DNA of 64,000 nucleotides from Mytilus californianus (lineage: Eukaryota), in assembly GCF_021869535.1 (NCBI RefSeq), contig NW_026262734.1:64108001-64172000 (forward strand), written 5' to 3'. The notes below the pieces were generated by a model. The model was not told the origin of the DNA and searched no databases. It was given only the letters and a program-made list of their open reading frames with translations. The position numbers were made by a program, and so were the translations under genes. Below, in pieces: positions 50,223 to 63,996 of this stretch (positions are counted from its first letter, which is position 1; each line of letters begins with the position of its first letter).

Positions 50223-53200
50223 TGATATCAATACAACATGAATTGTCATCGATAGGTTTTAGATAAAAATACATGTATAAAACCTGTTATGTTATTATGT
50301 AGCTATACACAATGTTTATAGATTTTTTTATTTTTGCAAACTTTGCTTTATATTAAAGTGTAATTTTGCAATACAATGACAAATAAAAAATCTTTTTTTT
50401 GATAAAAAATGTAAAATGAAGCAGTATTATTATGTGAAGTATAGGAATTGTGAATAAGAAAAGATTTGACAGTGACCTAACAAACAGACATGTTTATTAT
50501 TATTATTTTCTATATTAAAAGAAAATGTGAAAGGAGTATTGATTGTATTGTATACTGTTATGAGTTTACTTATGTATAGGTTTTTTTCATGTTAGTAATT
50601 GGATATTAATAGTAGGTTGAACTAGAGAAGAGTTCATTTATTAGAATGAAACATAATTCTAAAAGCAATAACAGAATATTAACTGGTATATATTTAACAG
50701 GTGCATAGTTTATTTGTTCTAATGGCAACTTTCAATTTGGCAAAAATTAAATATACACCAAAAAAAAAAAATAGTGGATATATTGTTGTAGCATTAAATA
50801 AGACTCTTCATTGTTTTTTAGGGGGCCTTTCACGGGTATCAGGCGTATTTTAAAATGGCTACGAATGCTATCTTATAAAAACACATTGCATTATTTTTGC
50901 CTAAGTATAGCTACAGAAATTGTTGTATTGGGATTTTTCTTCAGAAACCATAGTCCTCTCTGATCTGTTTAGTAAATGGCAATCATGATTCAGTCTATGT
51001 TAGGGGCTACAGATATTATCTGCAGAAAATACACAAATTGGATAAAAAAATCAGTTTGAGGTTTGAAAGTGCCTTTACACCAGGGAATATTTTTGTAAAA
51101 GGGCATTTTTTAATGAATACCTCAGATCTCCCAGTCTATGACATTTGTTACAAGAAATCAATGTCCAACAAACCTTCTTACCACTAAAAATTAGCCAATG
51201 AGGAACAGTAAAGATGTTTATTTAGTGTATGGAAAAATATAATTCATATGAAAATATTAATAGTGGTTATTTACAGCATCAAAGTGATACAATTAATTAA
51301 GCTACTTTGTCTATCTAATTGTTTTAGAAATAGCAATAGTTATATCAGCTGTTTAATTGCATAAAAGCTTTTTAAAAGATATTTGAGATTTACAGGGGAT
51401 ATCAGTGTGTCTCCAAAGTTTTACACATTTTTCAACTAAATCTTAATTAATTAAAAAAAATCTCTACTGTGGTGATGTCGAAAATGGTTGTTTGAAATTG
51501 CTGTACTAACACTTTTACTGTAATAGCCATAAGAGAAAAGATGATCATTTAAAGCTGTTTGATCCTTTTTCAAAGATAATGATTTCTGGGTGCTAGAAGT
51601 GGATTCAGACATTTTTTTCTTTTTGAACATGTTGAAAGTACCTTGAAGTTTAGTTCATCTTTTCAGTTTTGTAAAAAAAAAGAAGAATTATTTGTGAATT
51701 TAATTTTTTTTACTTTGAAATACAATTCTGCCATTAACAGAATGTTAAAAAAAATTGAATTTTATTTGGTATTTTGGACATTTTTTTTGAGTGGAATATT
51801 CATGTATTGCCCATTGGTTCCTTGCAAGGGATTCTTTTAAGATTTTGATTACTGTAAATAAAGCTTGTGTTGCTGTATGGGTAATCACTTTAGTCACAAA
51901 TATATGTTTTATTGTTATTTATATAAATCATGAGTTTGATGAAAGAATCCATGTTTATTATGCAATGTAGCTTAATTGTGATATATGATGTATTGAGTGA
52001 TGAGTTCTGTAAAAAAATAAATGTTTTATCAGATACTGGGGATTCATTTATTATTTGTACTTACCAGTTTTCATGGATTGAGGAAAATTTGTATCTTTGT
52101 GGATATTTGATTTCATGTTCCCTTGAAATCCACGATAATTGGTATCCAACGAATAATAAAGAATTCTCAGTAGTATGTACATATGTATGCATAGCCTTTT
52201 TCTGTCTGCATGATGCCTGTAAATGTTTAACGATGGAATTTGGAAAACAGTATTGTTATAAGACATTTTGTAAGATTATTTGTGAATGGTTTCCTGGCAT
52301 CATTTCCATAATTGATGCTGTCAGACTGTACTGTCAATTCTGTAAGACATTTTCATTTTACTTTGATACTTTCACCAGAGTTATCTGGTGCTGAAGAAAA
52401 AAATTATTACCAGAGACCAACATAAAACTAGTCAAAAGATTGTTTTATACAGCTGATGTTTAATTAGATTTACATAAAGGATATTCCTATAGCAGTTAAT
52501 GTTTAAACCTACGTTTCTCATACATTACTGCTTTAATTTCTTGATAAATGCATTTTTATTTATCTGTGACCTCATTATATTTCTATTAAGTTTATATGGG
52601 AATAACTTGGAAATTTTTGACAATATTAAAACAATGCATTTTCATCAATGTGTTTCAAAATTGTTGTGCAAAACAAATTTTTTTTAATTATTACATGAAA
52701 AATCCATGCTGTGGTATAAAAGGTTTTTAAAATTGACTGTTATTCTTATTTTGGAAAATATTGAATGGAACTGTTTTTGTCACTTCAGATTTTTTTTGAA
52801 GAAAACGGCTTTCTATTGAAAAAAGTCCAAACATATTCTTTTTGAAATGGTTCATCCTTTCAAGCTGTCACTTTAAACTACCGCTATTATATTTTTTAAG
52901 GTAAGTGACACAGAGGGACAAAGTTCATTTTAAAATGTCAACTTATGGTAAATAGTTATATTATTTTGAATATGCTTTGCTGAAGAAAAACATTGTCAGA
53001 TACTTTATTTGGCATTGAATCCAAGTCAGGTGTTTTAATTCTGACTCTTAGCTGAAGACAAAGCTTTAAAATGTTATATACAATGTAATACTAATACATT
53101 AATTGTTGCCTGAAAGCTTGTTTGATGTTACTCAATTAATTTTCCTTGATCAGACAAGGTTTGGCTTTACAATTATCAACATTTATTCGGTATGAGGTGA

Positions 53201-53493
53201 AATATCATTCACTGCTTAAATATGTTTAAATTTTTGAGAAAAAATAACTTCTGTACTGGAATATAAGTCAGTTGATGAGAAATCCTTAATTAAAGTAAAG
53301 CTGCATAGGCCTCAGCTGATCAGGTTAAATTTATTAAGTAATATTCATTGCTTGAAGTATCAGCAGATTAGGTCCAATTAATGAAGTAATAATCGTTGCC
53401 GGACTGCTTGTATGATTTATAAGGCATGTGGTTATTCACATATATTTATTTCACAATAATTGTTAATGATTATTTCTTCATTTGTTAACGATA

Positions 53494-53499
53494 AATAAA
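53494..53499 (+). terminator. Candidate distal poly(A) signal of OSBP (another at 51857-51862)
   Basis: AATAAA followed by U/GU-rich sequence at the end of a repeat-poor AT-rich stretch. There is no transcript evidence. Confidence 0.3.
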
Positions 53500-55699
53500 C
53501 CATGTTTGTCAATTGATATTTCTTTTATTAGTAATTAGCTTCAACTGTATGAAAAAAAGTTGAAATTTATACGCCCATGCCAAAATACAAAAAAAAAAAT
53601 AAAAAAATAAGAAGGACTCATTGATTGCATGTTAAATGTCCAAATAAGGAGATGTGGTATGATTGCCAGTGAGACAGCTTTCCACCAGAGCTCAAAAGAT
53701 GTTGATATTTAGGGCAAAAACAAATAAACAAATCAACCCAATTCCACTGAGAAACAGGTTATGTTAGATATGGACAGAAATTTTGCCTGGCAAAAGTTTC
53801 CCCTATAGACCCCTCAAAGTGTTGTTTGACATGCAGAGAGGATGGTATTTTTTCTGTCAGAGAGATTTGATTTAACATACATAGTTCAAATTGAGATGGT
53901 TGTGTATTTATACATTCAACAACCCTCATGCATGGATCAGTAACAGTTTTACTCTTAATGGGGAATAAATCGTTGAAGAAATCAGGCTTATAATTGTGTA
54001 TGCCAAATGAATACTTCATCTAAATAAGACTCATTAATGGATCATGAATCAAAAACAGTTGGTAGGCCAAATCAATGAAGAAGTTAAGCATTGAACACCA
54101 AAAATTCCAAAAGTTGTGCCAAATCTAGAATAACCTTAGTGAAAGATTGGAGAAATCTAGGTTTGCCAACCATATTTCTATACCCCAGTCAACCCTTGGG
54201 ATGTGAGGTTGTCCCAGTATACATGTATACCTGTAAACATTATATATCATTGAAAACTAAAGATTGAAAATCTTATCTCCCTATAAACAGGAGAAATATT
54301 AGATGCTTTGGATGCGTACACATAGTCTGCATAACATCGTGTTCAGATTGTGGACAAAGGGAAATTATTATTTTCTTCAATTAATATGACAAGTAATTTG
54401 CTTGGGTTGTAAAAGAATTAGGAATAAATGAGCACTCAGGTAATCCCACATACAAAAACATATCATTTGACAAGGATGAGATTTTGGCGTATCATAAGTC
54501 CTTCATTGCTTCAATGAACATAACATTGAACAGCAAATTTGAGGACTTACCTTTTTTTGTATTGGATACCTAAGCTTCACAAAATTCCGTACAAACAACG
54601 GTACATTGCCGGCTCATCTGCATGTTCTACAAAGGAATTGTCCATTAGATTGACAAAAATTCTGTCCGCAGTGAAAGAGGGTCTTTAGAAATACTGTGTA
54701 CCTGTTGGTATTAACAATTTGTTGATTCTAAAATACTCTAAAGAACTTCTGGATAATTTTAAATCTCGATCTTTCTCTGAAATTAATTCTATCAAAACTT
54801 TTGATTTTTCAACCCTGTATACCACCATTCCCCATGTGAAATTGAAAAATCGCCTAAAAGAAATAACCAACAATGCTTTTCAATAAAAAAAAATGGTAGA
54901 ATACGCTATAAATTTATTACATTGGGATATCATACGGCATATTTTGTTAATAGTGAACAAAAAGGTAAAACATTCTACACAGAGGAACAAGTGATCAGTA
55001 TGCTGGAGTTTCTTATTGACAACATATTTGTGGAATTTGGAGGTAGACTTTTTCAACAAATCGTCGGCATTCCCATGGGAACGAACTGTGCGCCTCTCCT
55101 TGCTGACCTCTTCTTATTTGGTATCCGGTCGTTCCGTCCCCAAACCGATCCGGCCCCAAGTCGATCCGGCCCAAAGTCGATCCGTCCCAAGTCGATCCGT
55201 CCCACGTCGATCCGGCCCTACGTCGATCCGGCCTCATAATAAAATATGGAATAAACTATATTGACTTTGGAGGATTCGCTGACAAATTTTAATCATTATA
55301 AATGGAATTTGTAAAAAGTATCGATGATGGACGACAACAGGTAAGTGAAGTATGAATATATTGGAGTACCAGTCAATGAATTATTTTAAGTCGATACGAA
55401 AATGAGTGTGATTGTGTCTGTTTGTATAGCAGCTTCAACATATTAATATGAAGTTATTTTCCATGATAACTTTGAATGTCATGGCGATTTTTATTTTATT
55501 TAATTCACACATAGAATAGCTGAATAGATATTTACAGTCCAATGGAACCTATAAAATTTAACTCATCATAATGACTTGTTTAATCAAATCATTAGTCTAT
55601 AATTGGTTTGTTTATTCAACAATTGTCTGATGATTGTGAACTAAGGTAATGCCACTCGTAATCACTTAATTCAATCAAATCCTGATTGATTAAAGTTAT

Positions 55700-56030
55700 G
55701 TAATCCAAACGGAACACTGTAACCACGCTCTGTTAATGTAGACCATGAGTTGGTGAAGAAGAGGTGATGTAGGTGGTACTGTAAGTTGTCTATATGCTGG
55801 GAGGATGTGTCCTGCTGGCAGGTAAGATAAAGCTAACACCTAATGAAGGCATGGATGGAGAACAGCTGGTAGAAAGGCTTCTTCGCTTCTTTGAAAGTAC
55901 CATCCAGGTACCAATTCTTTGCAGTTTGTAGTAGTTGCAGCTGTTCTTGTGTGGCAAACATGATGTGACGCTTGTCCCTGACTGTAACATCCCCGACCAC
56001 AAAACCATCACACTTAAGAAATACTCTGTT
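55700..56030 (-). pseudogene. MULE transposase remnant
   Basis: Minus strand RHIMFATQEQLQLLQTAKNWYLDGTFKEAKKPFYQLFSIHAF, then after a deletion LPAGHILPAYRQL...YINRAW. Confidence 0.85.
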
Positions 56031-57066
56031 GATCTGAAATGAGTTTAAATAATTTAAAATATTTATTGTGATGAAAAATGATGAAACTCAAAATAATACA
56101 ATATTTATATAGTATACGGAAGACAATATATCGATGAAACATAAATAGAAGTATATAAAGTACACATTAATTAGTTAAATTAGATAATTAAATTATCATC
56201 TTGATAGATGTGATTGAATCAGTATATATTTTGATAACGAATAAAACATAAAAACACCCTTAATTTCATAATTTTAACAAAGAATTAAAGTAAAAAAATA
56301 TTTTATTTGGAATTTTTTTAATATACAAGATTTGCTCACTTATGACTTGTTGCTGAGTATCCAAGCTAAAAATGTATTAAATCTGATTCATATTCTATAT
56401 CTTAATTTAAATTTTATTTTGAAAAAAGTGCTTTATTAATTTTGGTAATCATATATAAAAAATGGGCTTTAAAGGCCAGGGAAAGAGTATAAATAGCAGC
56501 CAATGACTGAAATAGTGGTAAATTCAAATTTCTTTGCCACATTCATTTCAGAGACATATATTTTAGAATTACCTTGTTCAAAGAGTGATTATTAGAAAAA
56601 AAATTGTCACAGAACCTAGAACTGAACTATACAATCTGTTGCAGGATAAATAAAAATTATTAGCTAAGTTTATTCTGTTATATTCCTCAAACAAATCATG
56701 AAGCAGAGGTATTTTTCATTTGAAATATACTTTGATTGATAGCTGGGCGGATATAAACATTTTTTTTGTTTACACAGGAAGTAAATGTTGCCATGCAGCC
56801 ATGCTTCCATGCAAAATATCAACAAACACCTTACCTGTTGTGTTTAAATTATTCAATTCCTATGTAATCCTCATATCCATTTTATATTTCTTTCAAAATT
56901 CAAAGAACCAAATAAATATGCAGCTAATTTGCACAAAATTGTAACTACAGTCATAATATTCTATTTCATCTGGTCACAATCATTTTCCCTCCAAAATTGT
57001 GTCATATACAGAACAAAGGACTTTCAATTAAAATTAAATAAAAATCCAGCAGCAGAATAAAGAAAA

Positions 57067-57633
57067 TTATTCCCACATGTGTCCCATGTACGGAAACCCA
57101 CCAGGATTTGGAAACCAACAACGCACAAGTGTCACAACACATTTTGGCATAATGTCTCTCTTGTGCCAGTCAAATCTTTGGGATCTGTGGTCCCTGGTCA
57201 TGGCATCTGCTTTCATAACTATATATCTATCATCATTCCACGCACCACGATGGAGAAGCATAGTCCAAAATTTTTTGTAGTGTTCCTTTCTCTAACTTGA
57301 GTTTCTTTGATGGGGTACTTCTGACTGACCATGCCACCACATTTGTCTGTTTTGTTCATCAGTAATGCATGGCTTACAAAAGCAATATCTGCATTCTACT
57401 TGGGACGGGTCTTGCTGTATGACAAATCCAGGTTGGTCATCGTCTTCATCTTTTTCATTATTGTCTGTTTGAGTGCTCTGTTCTGTGGTCATCTGTGGAT
57501 TTTGTGCATTCCCGCCTTTTTCATTAGTAACAGCAGAGTCATCAAGAATTTTAATTTCCCAATCATTGTGCCCAAACACATTTGTTTCTAATTGAAGATC
57601 GCTTAATTCCATTGTAACTTTCTTATCACTCAT
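57067..57633 (-). pseudogene. Kolobok accessory protein (KolX-like, resembling the P2X7 C-terminal Cys-rich domain), one in-frame stop
   Basis: MSDKK...CRYCFCKPCITDEQ...HQRNSS*RKEHYKKFWTMLLHRGAW...RDIMPKCVVTLVRCWFPNPGGFPYMGH. The two track ORFs are in one frame separated by TAG at 57292-57294. Confidence 0.65.
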
Positions 57634-58038
57634 TTTTATGATTATGTAGAATGCAAACAAACAAAATTTTACTGACTTCAGAGATAATCTGGTCTGGATT
57701 TTATCCCCAGGTTATGTGATCAGAAAGTTGCTGACTCTGCAGGTGACCTCATGAAATTTGTACATTATATGTAAACAAGTCCAGAGGCAATTAGGGGATT
57801 ACGTGTATTTAGCAAGAAATAAAATACTTATTTTTGACAACAAAAATCTAAAATTAATTGATTGAAAAAAGCCATGTAATGATCAAAGAAATTTGCATTG
57901 ATCACTTTTATTTGTTTAAAAATCAATGAACCCTTTGATACATTTTTCTAAGTTGGCACTAGCTGTAACTGAATATCATGAAACATAATCTCCTGATTAT
58001 TTCATATCCCATTTCTGCTCATTCCTTCAATTTCTTTC

Positions 58039-59643
58039 ATGATCATGGCTACTGAAAAACAAGATTCTTCACGAAAACGTCCTCCCAATTTTAGAATAGA
58101 AATTCCTGGTGATGAGACTGTCAAAAGTAGAATTTTGGAAAAACTTCAAAGAGTAAAGAGTTATTTGACTTCAACTTTGAATAATCCAGTTAACAATAGT
58201 TTAGTTATAGAGGAACTTTTAGACTTTTGGATTAAACAACAACTTGGAAGTGACAATTCGAAGAACTTCATCCTTTTCCATCCACCTATTCCCAAACAAG
58301 ACGCCAGGATGTAGACCAAGGACTGTTTGTTACTGCAGAAAAATCTTTGGTTACATATGGAGAACTTTTTGAAGCACATACCAGTATTTGTTATGGAAAG
58401 CTAAAAGTATTGAAAAGAACTATGAAAGGACATGTAGCATCTGTAGGACTGATGTGTACCAAGGAAAAAACACATTCCTATTTATGGTCGTCATCATCAT
58501 ACCTTCCATATGATGAGTTCTTGGTCAATCACAGGATTTGTCATGCATTTTATAGTAGTGGACTTTTTGCCAGTACATTACACTAGATTTGTAAATGGAG
58601 CAGGTATTGGCTGCATCACTAAAGAGAGAAGATCAAAGTTCTTTAGAAAATATAAAGAACACGCTGAAAATGAAATTGATCAATCAGTTGACAATGCCAT
58701 AAATGATGAAATTTCTTCATATGGTGACCTAGATGGCATCAACATCATGACAGATGCTAGACACGGTTGGAGGAAAAATGCCAAAGATACTTCAGTTGTA
58801 GCATTAGGAGAAAAAACTCACAAAGTGATGGACTGTGAACATGTTACAAAGTCACAGGATAAAGTTGCCCAACGACACGAAAGACTGGGAACACAAAAAA
58901 ATTATGAGAATTTGGAGAATAAAAATGTGTCCATTAAAATTCATGCACATGATAGAAATTTGGCTGAAAATAAATTTGTGAGGGACACTCAATTTACAGT
59001 CAATCAGAATGACTTATGGCATGCTGTCAAGGCTGTAAAAAAAGCTGTCATCAAGATTTCAAAAGGTAATAAACGTTCAGAAGGTATATGTTGGAGTGAA
59101 CAGCTGGGAGATAAAGTTGAACCAATAGCAACACACATTAACTGAGCCGTCCGTAACTGTGAGCAAAATTCTCAAAAACTTAAGGAAAGTTTGGATAACA
59201 TTGTTGAACATTATTGTAATAACCATGTAAATTGTCATCATTCATCAAGGTGTAAAGTTGATTCAAACTATGAGCCATTTAGGATCGTAATTACAAATGG
59301 AAAAGTCAGAAAAATGTTAGAGTCTGCTATAAAAAGTTCAACTATATATAAATATCCTCAAGATTACATTCTTGCTAAAGACACATTTTATGTTGAAAGT
59401 TTTAATAATGTTGTGAACATATTTCAAGACAAAAGAATTTGCTTTGGTGATGATCAATATAAATTTAGATCAAATTTGGCAGCATGCCATTGGAATGAGA
59501 ATGTGGACAGAGGCTATACATCAGTGTGGAAATCAAGAAATCCTAATGAACCAGCTACACAAAAAGGAAAGAAAATTTACAAAAAACTAACTTATAATTA
59601 CAGGATAAACATTTGGAACAACTACATTTCTAGTTTCTTTTAA
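58039..59643 (+). pseudogene. Kolobok-type DDE transposase with two frameshifts and one stop
   Basis: Motifs TDARHGWRKNAK, HAHDRN, NDLWH and VESFNN. Frameshifts at about 58270 and 58565, and TGA at 59143-59145. Confidence 0.75.
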
Positions 59644-61615
59644 AAACAGAATAATTACACCAATGCATTAAATTTACAAGTGTTAACTATTATCAACTGC
59701 TAATATCTGATCAACATAATCTTTTTATTTCAACTACAATTAGTATTTACAGAGTTGATGTAGTTATTAATTTTAGACTGGATTATAAATATCTACACAA
59801 AGGTAAATTCCACATGTGTTTGTTTTCTGTTTTACCATTCTGACTTCTATAAATAATTGATAAGATACTTAGGCCCTCCCATTTCCTTATTAGCTTAATT
59901 GCTATCCAACCGGATTTCTATCTAGGTCAGCCCTGGCCTTTAACTAGTGTTCACAGAGTTTTAATTCAGTATGATTTCTATGTCTTAGAAACATAATTCC
60001 CCATTGAATCTAACAATATTTTATAAAAAAATAGAAATCTATACACAGAGAATTACAATTTGCTGAGCACATATGAGTAGCGGCATAATTATATTAATGT
60101 ACATAATATGTATAAACGGTAATATGTCATACTGCTTCTGAAATTTTCAGATTTGGAAATGCCAGATATGTCCTTTCTAGAAAATATCTTTCTAGACTAT
60201 ATGATATTCGTAACGAATACTATATCTGTTTATCAGACTATTCAAAAAGAGAGGCGAAAGATACCAAAGGAACATTCAAACTCATAAGTCGAAAGTAAAC
60301 TGACAACGCCATGGCAAAAAAAAAAGAAAAAGACCAAAAGACAAACAACAGTATACAAAACACAACATATAAAACGAAAAACTTAGCAACGCAAAACCCA
60401 CCATAAACCGGGGGTGGTCTCAGGTGTCTTACAGTATTATCAGATATATTTTTATATATGTATATATATGTCTCTGGTATGATGTAATAGTGAACATTGT
60501 AAAATTGTATTTAATTCTGATGTCAGTATTTACGAAATATGTGTTTTTGTATATTAGAATACATGGACGGATATGCAGAATAAAGCACTATTGTAATAAG
60601 AAGTAACAAACATATATACACAACCACCATTATTTCATAAATACTGAACTGTGAAAAAACACACTTTTCAATGTGAAGCAGATTTAAATAGTGCTATATT
60701 CATTATTTCCATGCATTTGACGTAATTCTACTTTTAGAAAAATATCATCAAATATTTTCATCATATATTGTATGATATTCACATGATACTGGTATATCCT
60801 GAACATGCATGGAATATTTGCCACTGGACGTTAAGCAACCTTTAATCATCAATTGTTTTATTATGTTAATTCCTAATACAAAAGAGATCAGCAACACACA
60901 GAGTTGCCTTCATTTTTACTATTACAAGTAACAAAAATAGTTGTGGGTACACTTAAACGCCAATTTTAAACTGGTTGTAAATTGATTGTCCCCTAAATAT
61001 TTTTTGTTTTTTTTAACACTTAATCTGTTATATTTTATTCAACCTATGCCAACACTTTTTCATACAATATATACCTAAATTTCAAATTGTTGGCATAGGT
61101 TGAATGAACCGTTATACCCAATAATCTTGAAAACTTGAAATGAAAACATAATCAGTTGTTTTATACTCATCTAAAGAAAATATTTGTCAAAGGCCAACTT
61201 TTTTTACCGTACGCCTTTAACATTGTTATGAAATTCATAAACATTTATGAATTACAATTAATATAATATATATCTTTATTTTTATTCCTTATAAATATAT
61301 TTTTTTATTGGGGCCGGATCGACTTTAAATGTGGGCCGGACCGACGTTGGGCCGGATCGACGTGGAACGGATCGACTTGGGACAGATCGACGTGGGGCCG
61401 GATCGACATGAAAGCTTCTTATTTTCATATGAGTCGGAGTTCCTTCAGACATTGTCAAAAACAAGAAGATCAAAGAAGCCAGATCATTTCATTTCATATT
61501 CAGATATATTGATGATGTTCTTTCCATAAACAAACTTTTCTGATTGGGTTCCATTAATATATCCTCCAGAACTAGAATTAAAGAAACAACAGACACGGCT
61601 TTCTCCGCCTCATTT

Positions 61616-63996
61616 TTAGCTCACCTGGGCCGAAGGGCCAAGTGAGCTTTTCTCATCACTTGGCGTCCGATGTCCGTCGTCGTCGTCCGTCGTCGTCGTC
61701 TGTCGTCGTCGTCTGTCGTCGTCGTCGTTAACTTTTTACATTTTGAACTTTAAGAGAACCACTGAATGGAATGAAACCAAACATGGCAGGAATGTTCCTT
61801 ATGAGGTGCTGACCAAGTGTTGTTACTTTGAAGCTGATCCATCATCCAAGATGGCCACCAGCGGGGGACTTAGTTTAACATAGGACCCTAGGGGAAATAC
61901 ATACAAATGTCTTCTTATAGAGAACCACTGAATGGAATGAAACCAAACATGGCAGGAATGTTCCTTATGAGGTGCGGACTAAGTGTTGTTACATTGAAGC
62001 TGATCCATCATCCACGATGGCCGCCAGCGGGGGGAACTTCCTTTAACATCAGACCCTATGGGTAATTACATACAAATGCTTCTTCTAGAGGTGCACTGAA
62101 TGGAATGAAACCAAACATGGCATGAATGGTCTTTATGAGGTGCTGACCAAGTGTAGTTACTTTGAAGCCGAACTATCATCCAAGATGGCTGCTAGCGGGG
62201 GACTTAGTTTAACATAGGACCCTATGGGAAATACATACAAATGTCTTCTAGAGAACCACTGAATGGAATGATACCAAACATGGCATGAATGTTCCTTATA
62301 AGGTGCTGACCAAGTGTTGTTACTTTGAAGCCAATCCATAATCCAAGATGGCCTCCAGCGGGGGACTTCCTTTAGCATAGGACCATATGGACAATACATA
62401 CAAATGTCTTCTTATAGAGAACCACAGAATGGAATGAAACCAAACATGGCATAAATGGTCTTTATGAGTTGCTGACCAAGTGTAGTTACTTTGAAGCCGA
62501 ACTATCGTCCAAGATGGCTGCTAGCGGGGGACTTAGTTTAACATAGGACCCTATGGGAAATACATACAAATGTCTTCTAGAGAACCACTGAATGGAATGA
62601 TACCAAACATGGCATGAATGTTCCTTATAAGGTGCTGACCAAGTGTTGTTACTTTGAAGCCAATCCATAATCCAAGATGGCCTCCAGCGGGGGACTTCCT
62701 TTAGCATAGGACCATATGGACAATACATACAAATGTCTTCTTATAGAGAACCACAGAATGGAATGAAACCAAACATGGCATGAATGTTCCTTATGAGGTG
62801 CTGACAAAGTGTTGTGACTTTGAAGCTGATCCATCATCCACGATGGCCGCCAGCGGGGGGAACTTCCTTTAACATCAGACACTATGGGTAATTACATACA
62901 AATGCTTCTTCTAGAGAATCACTGAATGGAATGAAACCAAACATGGCATGAATGATCCTTATAAGGTGTTGACCAAGTGTTGTAACTTTGAAGTCAATCC
63001 ATCGCCCAAGATGGCCGCCAGGGAGGAATATGTTTAACATAGGACCCTATGGACAATACATACAAATGTCTTCTTTTAGAAAACCACTGAATGGATTGGA
63101 ACCAAACACGGCGTGAATGTTCCTTATGAGGAGCTGACTAAGTGTTGTTACTTTGAAGCTGATCCATCATCCACGATGGCCGGTAGCGGAGGAAACTTCC
63201 TTTAACATCAGACCCTATGGGTAATTACATACAAATGCTTCTTATAGAGAATCACTGAATGGAATGAAACTAAACATGGCATGAATGTTCTTTTTGAGGT
63301 GCTGACCAAGTTTTGTTACTGTGAAGCCAATCCATAATCCAAGATGGCCTCCAGCGAGGGACTTCGTTTAACATCAGAACCCTAAGGACAATACATACAA
63401 ATGTCTTCTTTTAGAGAACCACAAAATGGAATGAAACCAAACATGGCGTGAATGTTCCTTATGAGGTGCTGACCAAGTGTTGTTACTTTGAAGCCGATCC
63501 ATCGTCCAAGATGGCCGCCAGGGGGGACTATGTTTAGCATAGGACCCCATGGACAATACATACAATGGCTTCTTTTAGTGTACCACTGAATAGATTGAAA
63601 CCAAACACGGCATGAATGTTCCTTATGAGGTGCTGACTAAGTGTTGTTACTTTGAAGCTGATCCATCATCCACGATGGCTGCCAGCGGGGGGAACTTTCT
63701 TTAACATAAGACCCTATGGGTAATTACTTCTTCTAGAGGTGCACTGAATGGAATGAAACCAAACATGGCATAAATGTTTCTTATGAGGTGTTGATGAAGT
63801 GGTGCTATTTTGTTGCCGATTTACTGTTCAAGATGGCCACCAGGATTTTTTTTATTAAATTACGGGGCCAATATTAAACCAAATTTGGCCTCAATCATTA
63901 TTAGGGTATCTGTTATGATTTAAATCTACTTTTACATGATTTCCAAAACCAAAGTAGAATCAGGTGAGCGACACAGGCTCTTGAGAGCTTCTAGTT
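61616..63996 (+). mobile_element. Helentron-type HINE carrying about 13 tandem 160-169-bp core repeats
   Basis: Inserted in a T run. 5' agctcacctg with hairpin and GTC microsatellite. 3' caggtgagcga, hairpin ggctcttgagagc and tctagTT. The Penelope frame resumes with agac. Confidence 0.9.

Larger units (their letters stand above)
56473..59939 (+). mobile_element. Kolobok-type DNA transposon (3467 bp) nested in the MULE
   Basis: TTAA|AGGCCAGGG ... CCCTGGCCT|TTAA, with two divergent ORFs. Confidence 0.85.
55120..61415 (-). mobile_element. MULE (Mutator-like) element with foldback-type subterminal arrays, internally deleted
   Basis: 9-bp TSD TTCTTATTT (10 bp if the preceding C is counted) and G...C termini. 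Inverted arrays of a 16-17-bp GTCGATCCGGCCC unit lie at 55120-55235 and 61309-61407. A transposase remnant is inside. Confidence 0.85.

Noticed and set aside
51930-52394. 154-aa Cys/Phe-rich ORF
   Set aside because: Composition is typical of random AT-rich sequence, with no motif or splice context. It is probably 3' UTR or intergenic.
55013-55264. ORFs with PSRS/STW repeats
   Set aside because: They are translations of the MULE subterminal repeat array fused to the Penelope frame.
62157-63565. Repeated 63-80-aa minus-strand ORFs
   Set aside because: They are translations of the satellite monomers inside the HINE.
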